DNA of 64,000 nt from a virus: IMG/VR virus record IMGVR_UViG_3300046167_000876, one strand, 5' to 3'. Below the pieces are notes generated by a model. It searched no databases, was not told where the DNA came from, and saw only the letters and a program-made list of their open reading frames with translations. A program made the position numbers and the translations under genes. Position 1 is the first letter of the stretch; every line of letters starts with the position of its first letter. Positions 1 to 10,139 of this stretch are shown here, piece after piece.

Positions 1-25
1 TGAATTAAATAAAGTTGAAGACCGT

Positions 26-1066
26 ATGTATAAAATTGCCAAACAACTTCGTGATTATGATATGAATGAATCACAAGAAGTAAAAGAAAATTATACCAAA
101 GAAAAACTACTAAAAAAATTAGGCGATGCAGACGATGCTCGTATTCAAACTGGTAATGGAAGAGAATATATAGTATACAATCCTAACTCTAATAATGATG
201 ATAATGCTGCTATGTGGCATGATGACTCAGTATTCGCTGTTGATCAAGACGGAGGCGAACATGAAATAAATTATAGCGATATAGGGTTAGTTATGGTAGA
301 GGAATCATTAAACGAAGCAATGGATGGTGGTCGATTATTTGATTACTTTAATAAAAAATATGTAGTAGATGATCATTTTCATAGTGATGATAGTTACATT
401 GTTAAAAGAGAACCATCTGGAAAAGATCAATATGTAATATTTGATTACGATAAAGATAAAGATCAATTCCAAATTAGACAAATGGGTGGTTATAGAATCG
501 ATCAAAAAGATGCTATTAAAGCTGGAATGAGAGAAACAGGTATTACACGTGTTGCTGGGATAGATTCTTATATGGTAGATGGTAATTACTCACCAACTCC
601 TATTTCAATTGAAGGTTTAAAAGATATAGTTGATCATGTAATGGGTGGTTTAAGTAGAGAAGCAGCTGCTCAACAAGATTATTATGCTAGAAGAGGTAAA
701 ACTTCAGGTACTATAGATGAAAAAATATCTAATGCGGTAAAAGAAAAACTAACCAAATCATCTTCAGTAGAAGATCATGTTGAAGATTTTAAAGATTCAG
801 ATGCACCTCAATTTAAAGGTAAATCATTAAAGAAAATCAAGCAAATGGCTTTAGCATCATTTTTATCAAAACAAGGTAAAAAAAAAGTAGCTGAAGGGTT
901 TAAAGTAGGTCAAAAAGTAACTTATCTAGGACACCCAGCTGAAATCACTAAAGTTAACAAAGAAATGACTGGTGCTACTACTTATAATGTATTATATGAT
1001 AAGGGTAATGGTAAAACTAAAGCATCAAACCTTTATAATAAAGGTGGTGAAATAAAAGCTGTATAA
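26..1066 (+). CDS. Hypothetical modular head-associated protein, probably 5'-truncated by the window edge
   Basis: Frame is open from base 2, so the true start likely lies upstream. Segments are delimited by MNE/LNE/IDE/VAE motifs. Confidence 0.6.
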   Translation: MYKIAKQLRDYDMNESQEVKENYTKEKLLKKLGDADDARIQTGNGREYIVYNPNSNNDDNAAMWHDDSVFAVDQDGGEHEINYSDIGLVMVEESLNEAMDGGRLFDYFNKKYVVDDHFHSDDSYIVKREPSGKDQYVIFDYDKDKDQFQIRQMGGYRIDQKDAIKAGMRETGITRVAGIDSYMVDGNYSPTPISIEGLKDIVDHVMGGLSREAAAQQDYYARRGKTSGTIDEKISNAVKEKLTKSSSVEDHVEDFKDSDAPQFKGKSLKKIKQMALASFLSKQGKKKVAEGFKVGQKVTYLGHPAEITKVNKEMTGATTYNVLYDKGNGKTKASNLYNKGGEIKAV

Positions 1067-1068
1067 TA

Positions 1069-1539
1069 ATGACTAAAGCAGAATTAAGAGAAAAAATTAA
1101 AACATTAGCAGTACAAGTTATGGCTGAAAAAGCTAAAACTGATGATGCTGCCTTAGCTTATGATGAGTTAGTTAAATTCCCAGCTTTAAAAGATATTATA
1201 GTGGATCTATTAACTGATCAATTTGATTCATTTTTAGAATCAGTTGATTGGGTAGCTCCACGTCCTACAACTTTTCGTATAAATTTGTTGAATGGGCAAA
1301 ATTTCTTACTTATGTTTACGGACAGAAGTTGGATAGGACAAGTACAAGGAAAAAAATATTATTTACTAAACCTCGATGAGGAAGAAAGATGTGCTCTAGC
1401 GATTAACAGACTTCTAAGAGTAGGACCCGCTAGTGGTGCTGAAATGGAGGGAGAAGCAAGTGAAACTGATACAACAACAGACACAGCTGATACCAAAGTT
1501 GAAGATGAAGTAGATGTTAACGTGGACGTAGAAGCATAA
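1069..1539 (+). CDS. Hypothetical phage protein with acidic tail
   Basis: 156-aa ORF starting 2 nt after the upstream stop. Confidence 0.7.
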   Translation: MTKAELREKIKTLAVQVMAEKAKTDDAALAYDELVKFPALKDIIVDLLTDQFDSFLESVDWVAPRPTTFRINLLNGQNFLLMFTDRSWIGQVQGKKYYLLNLDEEERCALAINRLLRVGPASGAEMEGEASETDTTTDTADTKVEDEVDVNVDVEA

Positions 1540-1556
1540 AATAAAATATAAATAAA

Positions 1557-1958
1557 ATGGATAATTTCGATTTAAGAAAATATTTAGCTGAAGGTAGGCT
1601 ATTAAAAGAAGACATCACTAAGCTAAGAGGGCAAGAATTACTTGATCTATTTAGTTTTACTAAATACATGAATGTTGATGTAGAAGAATTAGAAACCGAA
1701 TTTATAGAAGCTATTAATGGTGGATGGTTTACTGATCCTTCAAACTTTGAAGAAGAAAAAAAAGACTTTACATATGAAAGTGGAGACAGATTTTTAGATA
1801 CTAATGAAGATAAAATGTCAGAATATTTAGGATTTAAAATTGATACTTCTCGTATGATTGATGATTATACTATGGGGGATCCAATGGGAGTAGAATTTGT
1901 ACATTCTGATGAAGATTTTGAAGGTTGGATGGATGAAGTAGGTTCATTTTGGGATTAA
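1557..1958 (+). CDS. Acidic protein with MDNFDLxKYLAEG leader (putative internal head protein)
   Basis: Leader is shared with the ORFs at 5090, 5702 and 6331; body is D/E-rich. Confidence 0.7.
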   Translation: MDNFDLRKYLAEGRLLKEDITKLRGQELLDLFSFTKYMNVDVEELETEFIEAINGGWFTDPSNFEEEKKDFTYESGDRFLDTNEDKMSEYLGFKIDTSRMIDDYTMGDPMGVEFVHSDEDFEGWMDEVGSFWD

Positions 1959-1972
1959 AATAAAATAAAATA

Positions 1973-3536
1973 ATGAGTATATTCGATAAATTTTTTACAA
2001 AATTTGCTTATAAATTTGACAAAGGATATCCTGACATGAATAATGATCAGGATGTTTTGTTATTAGAGACATTATTAGACCAATTAATTTTATTAGAATT
2101 TGAAGATAAAGGTAATATTCCAGATGATATAGAACAAATTAGATCTTCAATTAATACCCACCCCGAATATAAAGATAAAGTTGAGGCTGTTCAAATGGAC
2201 ACTAAGACAAATGTTTTTATATACATAAAAGGTGTTTCTGGAACTGTTAGAGCAGCTAGAACAGCAGTAATGAAGGATTTACAGGACAAAGGATTATTAC
2301 CCAAGGGTGAAATAAATGATGAAGGCTCACCATATTTAAAAACTGGTGATTATAAAATTTATATAAAGGGAGCAGGAAAAGATAAATATGCTACAAATAC
2401 TGATCAAAAAGAAGGTTTAGTAGTAATATTTTACAATGCCCTAAAACAAGGTTGGAACAAAAAACAAGACCCATTTAATAAAGATAATATGTCATCCCTA
2501 CTATCAGATTTAGTATCTTTAGAGGGTAACATATATGATGGATTAGGTTCAAAAGCAAAGGGTCAAGTTAAAATATATTTAGAAAGATTTGATGACGAAT
2601 CTTCAAGCAGTAAAGGGGCACAAGTTATATTAAATGATAATCTATCATCTGCCTTAAGAATATTTGAAGATTACCCTGAAGGAGAAATGATGAGGGGTGA
2701 AACTTTTGATAGAATAAAATCCCAACAATCCCAAAAAGCAGGTTTAAAAGCAGATAAAGTAAACCCTGGTGATATCTTTTTAAAAGTTGGTGATATTTCT
2801 ATACCCCCAACAGATGAAGTTGATGTAACAGGGTTAGAAGAACTTAATAAGATATTTGTTAATAAATGGGGGGATAAACCTGGTTTAGTAGCAATTTCTT
2901 TAAAAGGAGAAAAAGCACAAGCCGGTAAAGCCAAATCTTATTTAAATAAATTTAAACCAAAAGAAGTAGAAGGACAAGTACCAGACATATATAATTTATC
3001 AGATGAAGAAATAGGTTACTCTGATGACCAATTTGATAGTGCTATTGACCAATATAAAAAATCTACAATAGAAAAAATAGGTAGTAGTGAATTTATAGAT
3101 TATAAACAGGGTAAAAACCCCTTCAACAACTAATCGAAAGAAATTTAAATTAGCTGCTTATAAGGCTTTAGATTATTTATTTAGACATTTAAAGAATGAA
3201 GGAGCATTAACACCTGCTCAAGGTTTAGTCAAAATGACAGCCTTTGGTATGTCTATCACCGATGTTAACCCAACATTTTTTAAACTTATAGGTAAAAGTA
3301 ATGGGTCAATGGCACCAGTTCCTGAAAGAACACCAGCAGGGGCAACCGCCCAATTAACCCCAGGAACTAAAATAACAATACAAGATGATTCTACTTATGG
3401 TGGTTTAAAGATAAACATATCCGTTGATATATTAGAAGGTGCTGAAGTATATTCTCAATATGATTTAGAATTAGTGATGAGAAGTAATGGTAATAAACAA
3501 AACACTATTGAAATCCAAAAATCAACTAAAAAATAA
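1973..3536 (+). CDS. Putative PD-(D/E)xK-type nuclease-like protein, split by a 1-nt indel near 3115
   Basis: ORFs 1973-3133 and 3234-3536 join if one A is removed from GGTAAAAACCCC. Motif DKVNPGDIFL...LVAISLK. Confidence 0.45.
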
Positions 3537-3554
3537 TATTTATAATAAAACAAT

Positions 3555-4847
3555 ATGTGTAACTGCGGATGTAATACTTGTGAAACAAAAGGACCTTTAT
3601 TAACAGAAGGTAAAGTTAAATCTTTACTATCTGAAGGTCTTCAATATCACATAGATAAAAAAATACCATTATTTGAAACAGTATATCGTATTGGTTCAGA
3701 AAAACATCTATCTTTAATTAAAGAAGCTAGAAAAATGTATTCACGTAATATAATCGATTTATGTGAGGAAGATGAAGCATTGATTGGTACAAATTTAGGT
3801 GAATTTGCTTTATATGAAGGCGAATCTGTACCATTAGATTTACCTATGTTAAATGAATCAGATTCTAACTACCCAGATTTTGATTTAAATAAAAACATAA
3901 GATACCAAGATACATCTATTTCAAGCGGAATGTGGAGATATACAGGTAAAGAACAAGGTGGAAAAGGTGTTTATAGAAATTTAAATAATGGTCAAATATT
4001 AGGCTTTGATAGAAGTGATTTTGATATATTTAGAAACAATCTTAGTAGCCATTTTGACATTTCAGAATCAATTAATGAAGATATATACGATAAATTTTTA
4101 GATAATCCATCTTCACCAAAGGGTAGAGCGAAATCATTAATATTAAAGTTTACAAAAGAATATGGAGATGATGCTTCATCAATGGCTGTAGATAGATTCG
4201 CTAGTAAAAACAACCTAAAACCTGAAGAAAAGTACATATTAAAATATATTACTAAAAACGATATTAAAATATCTTCACAACCAGGAGGACCAGATTTCTC
4301 GGCATTAAATGAAAGTCAAGCAATAATTACTTTCAAAAATGATTATGAAGTTAAAATGAATACCGGTGAAGGGTATGACGATGACTTTGAATATTTTGAA
4401 GCGGGTGAAAGAGAGCAAGTTTATATCTTAGATAAAAATGATAAAAGAGTGCATGTTGAATTTGGTGACGGAACTAATGCTTATATTCCAACAAGTTTAA
4501 TATCAATTCAAGATAAATTATTAAATGAAGATGAGCAATTAGACGAAAAGAAAAAGGCTAAGAAAAAAGAAAAAAAAGACCCACCATTAAATAAACCAAA
4601 ACGTGGTGGTTCAAAAGCATATTATGTTTATGTACGTGATCCTAAAACTAAAAAGATTAAAAAAGTATCATTTGGATCAGGTGGTTTAAGAGCTAAAATT
4701 AAAAACAAAGAAGCTCGTACTGCATTTGCCGCTAGACATAATTGTAAAAATAAAAAAGATAGAACTAAAGCAGGATATTGGTCATGTAATTTACCAAGAT
4801 ACGCTCCAGCATTAGGATTAGGTGCTAAAATGAATACTTTCTGGTAA
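3555..4847 (+). CDS. Conserved-type phage head protein with Cys-rich N-terminus, inserted modules and basic C-terminal domain
   Basis: Starts MCNCGCNTC; C-terminal LNKPKRGGSK..YVYV..KKVSFG..ARHNC..AGYWSC domain; late promoter at 3536. Confidence 0.65.
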   Translation: MCNCGCNTCETKGPLLTEGKVKSLLSEGLQYHIDKKIPLFETVYRIGSEKHLSLIKEARKMYSRNIIDLCEEDEALIGTNLGEFALYEGESVPLDLPMLNESDSNYPDFDLNKNIRYQDTSISSGMWRYTGKEQGGKGVYRNLNNGQILGFDRSDFDIFRNNLSSHFDISESINEDIYDKFLDNPSSPKGRAKSLILKFTKEYGDDASSMAVDRFASKNNLKPEEKYILKYITKNDIKISSQPGGPDFSALNESQAIITFKNDYEVKMNTGEGYDDDFEYFEAGEREQVYILDKNDKRVHVEFGDGTNAYIPTSLISIQDKLLNEDEQLDEKKKAKKKEKKDPPLNKPKRGGSKAYYVYVRDPKTKKIKKVSFGSGGLRAKIKNKEARTAFAARHNCKNKKDRTKAGYWSCNLPRYAPALGLGAKMNTFW

Positions 4848-4848
4848 A

Positions 4849-5097
4849 ATGGATCCATACGTAAATAAAGGTAACATAAGAACGTTTTCGAAAGATGTAA
4901 ATAAACTAGAACTAGTTTGGCATCAAGACTCTGAAGATAGAGATATCGAAGTATTAGAAGGTAAAGGATGGGAATTACAAATGGATAACGAATTACCCTT
5001 TGAATTAGTAAAGGGAGATCGTATATTTATAACAGAAGGTAGAATACACCGAATATTAAAAGGTACTACTGATTTAAAAATAAAAATAAATGGATAA
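4849..5097 (+). CDS. Small cupin-fold protein
   Basis: WHQD..DRDIEVLEG and GDRIFI..GRIHRI resemble cupin motifs 1 and 2. Confidence 0.6.
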   Translation: MDPYVNKGNIRTFSKDVNKLELVWHQDSEDRDIEVLEGKGWELQMDNELPFELVKGDRIFITEGRIHRILKGTTDLKIKING

Positions 5098-5695
5098 TTT
5101 TGATTTAAAAAAATATTTAGCTGAAGGTAAATTATATGAAACAATTAATCTTGATATAGAAGATGATATAGCATACCTAAGTGGAGATTCAGGTGAATAC
5201 GAAGGTGAAATTGAAGATGGAAAGACATCTTTTTCTGTTATATATGATGATTTAGATTATAGAATATCAGATAGATATGATGAAAGTAATATTGAAGATT
5301 TTTTAGGTAGAGGTCATGCATTTGTAGAATTAGCTAAAAAATATGACCATAATTGGGATGTTGAACGTGATTTAGTTGGTATAACAATAAAATTAAAAGA
5401 TTTAGCTGAAGGTAGACTAGAAAAAGAAATGGGTGATAATAGACCTCCTGAGAGGTTAAAATTAGATCCTGACTATGATAAAGGTGGTAAATACTATAGT
5501 GAAGAAGGTGCTGAAGCTTTTAGAATCCAACCTTTTAAAGTAAACGATATTGAATATACTCAAGACCAAGCAGTTAGACAAGGTAAATATATTGTAGGAT
5601 TAGAAGGTGAAGAACTAAAAAAATTTATTTCTGATTACATGGCAGCATGGAAAGAAGATGTAGGAGATACACCTGAAGGAAAAACTTTTAAATAA
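5090..5695 (+). CDS. Acidic protein with MDNFDLKKYLAEG leader
   Basis: Shared leader plus an internal partial copy, DLAEGRLEKE. Confidence 0.7.
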   Translation: MDNFDLKKYLAEGKLYETINLDIEDDIAYLSGDSGEYEGEIEDGKTSFSVIYDDLDYRISDRYDESNIEDFLGRGHAFVELAKKYDHNWDVERDLVGITIKLKDLAEGRLEKEMGDNRPPERLKLDPDYDKGGKYYSEEGAEAFRIQPFKVNDIEYTQDQAVRQGKYIVGLEGEELKKFISDYMAAWKEDVGDTPEGKTFK

Positions 5696-5701
5696 AAAAA
5701 A

Positions 5702-6301
5702 ATGGATAACTTTGATTTAAAAAAATATTTAGCTGAAGGAAGACTATTTGAAGAAGATTTTAAAAATCCAATTCTAGATAAATATTTAGAACTAAAAAAA
5801 TCAATAGATAACAATACAGCTTTTGAATATGAACTATCAGATTTTATTAATGATTTAGATAATACTGAACGTGAGGGATTAGAAAGCGATTTAGGATTAG
5901 AAAGAGATGAGTTATATGAAGGTAAGCTCTTTGAACAAGAAAGATATAAAAAAGTAGAGGATGATGCGCAAGATGGTACCTTTTATGTTTCCGGATATGA
6001 TATGGAAAATGAAAGGGACATTGAGGATTATTTTGTTGATCTTGATTATGGTAAATATAAATCTGCTACTCAAGAATTATTAGATCTTGCTATGGAACAA
6101 GGACACGAGTATGAAAGTATAGAAGATTATTACGAATATGTTGAAGGATTTGAAAATGATCTAAAAGATTATGCTGAAGGTGAAGAAGTACCTGATTGGA
6201 AGATGAATGATCTAGCTATGCGTTATGGAACTGATTATAGTCAATTTTACGGTGAAGAAGAAGATGAAGACTATGAAGAAGAAGAATATGAAGATTATTA
6301 A
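5702..6301 (+). CDS. Very acidic protein with MDNFDLKKYLAEG leader
   Basis: Shared leader; internal LYEGKLFE; D/E/Y-rich. Confidence 0.7.
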   Translation: MDNFDLKKYLAEGRLFEEDFKNPILDKYLELKKSIDNNTAFEYELSDFINDLDNTEREGLESDLGLERDELYEGKLFEQERYKKVEDDAQDGTFYVSGYDMENERDIEDYFVDLDYGKYKSATQELLDLAMEQGHEYESIEDYYEYVEGFENDLKDYAEGEEVPDWKMNDLAMRYGTDYSQFYGEEEDEDYEEEEYEDY

Positions 6302-6330
6302 AAATAAAAATATAATAAAAATAAAATAAA

Positions 6331-6639
6331 ATGGATAATTTCGATTTAAAAAAATATTTAGCTGAAGGTAAGCTATTAAAAGAAGAAGTTGAAAAAATAA
6401 GCAACGAAAAGTTTACTATTATTTATGATGCTAATGATATGACAGAGTATGAAGTATTCAATAAATTACTCTCTGATGATGAAGCTGAAGCTGCTGAAGA
6501 AGATTTTAAAATCTTAGATGATGATATGGAAACATTTGTTTTAGATTCTGAAACCCCAGCTAGCGAAATTTTAGACTATGCTTCTTCACAAGAAGAATTA
6601 GAAGATTATGGTTTAAGTAAATATTGGAAATTCAAATAA
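6331..6639 (+). CDS. Acidic protein with MDNFDLKKYLAEG leader
   Basis: Shared leader; D/E-rich. Confidence 0.7.
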   Translation: MDNFDLKKYLAEGKLLKEEVEKISNEKFTIIYDANDMTEYEVFNKLLSDDEAEAAEEDFKILDDDMETFVLDSETPASEILDYASSQEELEDYGLSKYWKFK

Positions 6640-6640
6640 T

Positions 6641-6706
6641 ATGAATTGTAATTGTAAAGCATGTAATTGCGGAACATCATGTGGATGTGATTGCTGTAAT
6701 TGCTAA
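6641..6706 (+). CDS. Metallothionein-like 21-aa micropeptide (not in the ORF track)
   Basis: MNCNCKACNCGTSCGCDCCNC*, 9 Cys in 21 aa; ATG lies 1 nt after the upstream stop. Confidence 0.6.
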   Translation: MNCNCKACNCGTSCGCDCCNC

Positions 6707-6765
6707 GATAAAAAACATATAGAACAGATTCATAGCCTGTTCGATTAAAATAAATTAAAGAGATC

Positions 6766-6792
6766 TGTGGCCTCCATTTGGAGGCCACATTT
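6766..6792 (+). terminator. Stem-loop / probable intrinsic terminator
   Basis: TGTGGCCTCC-ATTT-GGAGGCCACA perfect 10-bp stem followed by only a short T run. Confidence 0.55.
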
Positions 6793-6806
6793 AAGTTTCG
6801 TATATT
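6777..6806 (+). promoter_or_regulatory. Class E (host-sigma-like) promoter TTTG-N20-TATATT
   Basis: Same motif and exact 20-nt spacing at six or more sites; resembles the Bacteroidota -33/-7 consensus. Confidence 0.65.
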
Positions 6807-6830
6807 AACGTGTTAAAAATAAAAGTATAG

Positions 6831-8127
6831 ATGAGTAAAAACGTAGTAATGATTGGAGCAGGTGTAGCAAATGTAAATGCTGCTACTAAGCTAGTTGACA
6901 ATGGGTTTAAAGGTAAAATCACTATTATTGATATGGGTAAAGATCCATATTTAAGACCATATGAAGAGGTAATGACAGGTTTTCTAGGAGCAGGAGGTTG
7001 GTCTGATGGTAAACTAACTTATCATACTTCAATTGGAGGGCAATTATCTAAATATTGTGGTGAAGAAAAAGCAATGGAATTATTTGATCAGGTGATAGAT
7101 AATTTTAAACGTTTCCACCCTAAACCAGAAGAAGTACAATGTTCAAATCCAGTTGCGGAACCAGATTTTATTAAACCTTATTTTGGACTACGTTTATTCC
7201 CTGTATGGCATGTTGGTACTGATTACTTACACGAGATAGGTAAAAATTGGTATGACTTTTTAGTTGATGGTGGTGTTGAATTTATTTGGGAAACCAAAGT
7301 TACAGATATTGATTTTGATAATCAAGAAGTACATATTGGATTAGGAGACGATTGGATAGATTATGATGAACTTATATTTGGTGTAGGTAAATCAGGTATT
7401 GACTTTGGTAAACAATTAGCTGAAAAATATGAACTACCAACTGAACCAAAACCAGTTCAAATAGGTGTTAGATTTGAAGCACCACAAAAACACTTTTCAA
7501 AAATTAATTGATATAAGTTATGATTTTAAATTATATAGAAAATTTGAGGAAGCAGGAGTATCACTTCGTTCCTTTTGTACTAATAACAATGCAGCTTATG
7601 TAGGCTGTAGAAGAAACATACTGGTAATCCATTCATATAATGGTCACGCTAAAAAAGACGAAAATTTAGAAACGATATGACCTAATTTTGGTATATTAAT
7701 GGAAGTTAGAGGTATTGAAAAACCATTTGAATGGTCAAGAGATGTAGTAAATAAACTACAAAAAGATGGTACTGGATTATATTATAGTCCAACTAGAGAA
7801 CCATCAACAACATCAGAAGGTGTAAATGTATCAGCAATTAAAGTAGATACAATGCATGAAATAACTAAAGCGATGCAACCATATTTTTGGTATGTACTAG
7901 ATTTTATAGAAGATATGAAAAAGGTATTCCCAACACTTAAAGATGATTGGGGTATTTATGTACCTGAAGTAAAATATCTATCACCTGAGCCGCTTGTCGA
8001 TTATACCAATTTAGCACTTACTAAGTATCCTAATGTACACTTTGTAGGTGATGCTTTATCAGCTAGAGGTATAACGGTAAGTGGTGCACAAGGAACATAT
8101 GTTGCTGAATCACTTTTGGAGAATTAA
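6831..8127 (+). CDS. FAD/NAD(P)-dependent oxidoreductase, fragmented by several indels at about 7495-7690
   Basis: GAGVA Rossmann motif, GAGGWSDGKL, and C-terminal FVGD..ARGI..SGAQG, spread over three frames. Confidence 0.75.
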
Positions 8128-8144
8128 AATATATTTCGTATATT
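8115..8144 (+). promoter_or_regulatory. Class E promoter
   Basis: TTTG-N20-TATATT with CG directly before TATATT. Confidence 0.6.
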
Positions 8145-8161
8145 TAAAATAAACAAAAATT

Positions 8162-8428
8162 ATGAAAAAATCAGAAAAGACACCATTTCCTCAAAGTAAA
8201 AGATTAAAAAAATTAGATGGCACTATTGCCTATGTATGGGATAACAAACTTCATAATTGGGAAGGACATGCCCTAATTCCTGAAGGTAAAGAAAAATTAG
8301 GTGAATATCATTTATATGGTATCAAACACACCAAAGAAGAATGGAATGAAGCGAGACAACAAAGAGAAGGATTACCTTATTATAAAAATCAATCAATGAA
8401 AGCACACCTTTCAGATTATAGAAACTAA
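8162..8428 (+). CDS. Hypothetical protein
   Basis: 88-aa ORF downstream of a promoter. Confidence 0.65.
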   Translation: MKKSEKTPFPQSKRLKKLDGTIAYVWDNKLHNWEGHALIPEGKEKLGEYHLYGIKHTKEEWNEARQQREGLPYYKNQSMKAHLSDYRN

Positions 8429-8431
8429 GAT

Positions 8432-8962
8432 ATGAAAATAGGTTTATGTGGTACAATGAGTGTAGGTAAAACTACATTAGTAAATGCTTTAAAAGAAACA
8501 AAGCAATTTAAAGATTATATGTTTAGAACAGAGCGTTCTAAATATTTGATGGAGCAAGGTATTCCACTCAATACAGATTCAACATTAAAAGGTCAAACTA
8601 TATTTCTAGCTGAACGTTGTGCTGAATTAATCCAAACAGATATTATTACAGATAGAACAGTTCTTGATGTGATGGCATTTACTTTAAATGCAAAATCAAT
8701 ACCTCACCAGGATAAAGAAGCATTTGAAACATATGCTAGTGAATTTGTTAGAGAATATGATTATATTTTTTACATATCTCCTTATGGGATAGACATTGAA
8801 GATAATGGAGTACGTGAAACAGATGAACATTATAGAGATTTAATTGATTTTACTATTACCACACTTATTAAAAGACACGGTCATAAAGCAGGTAAAATAG
8901 AAAAGATATCTGGATCTACAGAGGAACGTATTCAACAAATATTAAATATTACAGACCTTTAA
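8432..8962 (+). CDS. P-loop nucleotide kinase / NadR-like (AAA_28) ATPase
   Basis: GTMSVGKTT Walker A, ITDRT, EDNGVR. Confidence 0.75.
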   Translation: MKIGLCGTMSVGKTTLVNALKETKQFKDYMFRTERSKYLMEQGIPLNTDSTLKGQTIFLAERCAELIQTDIITDRTVLDVMAFTLNAKSIPHQDKEAFETYASEFVREYDYIFYISPYGIDIEDNGVRETDEHYRDLIDFTITTLIKRHGHKAGKIEKISGSTEERIQQILNITDL

Positions 8963-8988
8963 CATATTTATAATAAAACCTTATTATA

Positions 8989-9756
8989 ATGAAAAAATCT
9001 GAATTAAAAAATTATATCAGAGAAAATATTATCTCTACATTATCTGAAGATACTGAGGCAGAAATTGAAAAAACTAAAGAATTAACCTCAGCAATCAAAG
9101 ATCTTGAAGCTGCTAAAAAAGAAGCGGGTATAGAAGAAGATGCAACACCAAAAGGTGAAGACTTTTTTTATGATTATTTAGATATTGGCATGTCTTATTT
9201 AGAAGGATTTGGTAAAAAACATTCTTTAGATGATAGTCAGTTAGAAAAACTAGGTAAAAAAATAGTAGACCAATTATATAAAGGTGATGTTGGTAAAGCA
9301 TATGATGCCATTGTTAAAAGAGGTGTAATGAAAGAAGATAAAGGTGGGAATTTTGCTGAATTAAAAAAACACCAAAAAATGCTTAGGGATGCTTCTTTAT
9401 TTTATATAAATAAGGCAGAAAATTTAGGTATTGAAAATGTTAATAATTTAATACAAGCATTTAATAAAGGAGTAAATGGTTTAGAAGATGCTATTTTTAA
9501 AGCTGACTATAAAAGAACAGATGGTAAAATAGACGAAAATGAAGATAAAGAACCATCTAAATCTGATATTAAAAAAACAAAAGGTTTAGCTAAAGCAAAA
9601 GAAGAATTAGCTTTATTAACTCGTGAAATGAAGTCCTTAGCTAAAAAATATTCTAAAGCTGAAGGTGAAGAAAAAGAAAAATTAGTTAAAACTTTAAAAA
9701 AGAAAACTAAATTAAAAAAAGAACTAGAAAGTATTCTAGATAAAAAGAAAATATAA
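8989..9756 (+). CDS. Hypothetical head-associated protein
   Basis: Late promoter at 8964; MKKSELKNYIRE leader; modular, with a basic C-terminus. Confidence 0.6.
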   Translation: MKKSELKNYIRENIISTLSEDTEAEIEKTKELTSAIKDLEAAKKEAGIEEDATPKGEDFFYDYLDIGMSYLEGFGKKHSLDDSQLEKLGKKIVDQLYKGDVGKAYDAIVKRGVMKEDKGGNFAELKKHQKMLRDASLFYINKAENLGIENVNNLIQAFNKGVNGLEDAIFKADYKRTDGKIDENEDKEPSKSDIKKTKGLAKAKEELALLTREMKSLAKKYSKAEGEEKEKLVKTLKKKTKLKKELESILDKKKI

Positions 9757-10139
9757 TGTCATCTAAGGAAAGGTTTTTATATATTGCTATAGTATTTTTT
9801 GGAGCTTACTATTTAATTAGTATGTACTCTTCAAATGAAGAAGAATATATAAATGAATATAACAGTAAAATAGAAGCATTAGAAGATAAAATTAATTCCT
9901 TACATAGTATAAATGAGGAATTAACATTAGAAATTGATACATTAAATGGTCAAATAACTAAATTAGACCAAGAAATTAGTAAACAAGATAGTAAAATAGT
10001 TACATTAAAAAGACAAACAAATGAGAAAGTTAATAATGTTGATTCTTTTGGGGATGATGAGCTTGAACAGTTTTTCACAGAACGTTATAGACAGTACCTC
10101 GATTCAATTAAAAAAACCAATAGCCAGATTAGTAATTAA
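9756..10139 (+). CDS. Membrane-anchored coiled-coil protein (i-spanin-like)
   Basis: N-terminal TM segment followed by a heptad coiled coil; overlaps the next ORF. Confidence 0.5.
   Translation: MSSKERFLYIAIVFFGAYYLISMYSSNEEEYINEYNSKIEALEDKINSLHSINEELTLEIDTLNGQITKLDQEISKQDSKIVTLKRQTNEKVNNVDSFGDDELEQFFTERYRQYLDSIKKTNSQISN

Noticed and set aside
3110-8127. Stop-codon reassignment or programmed frameshifting as the cause of split genes
   Set aside because: Breaks are frame changes rather than in-frame stops, core genes read through in the standard code, and several indels cluster in one gene.
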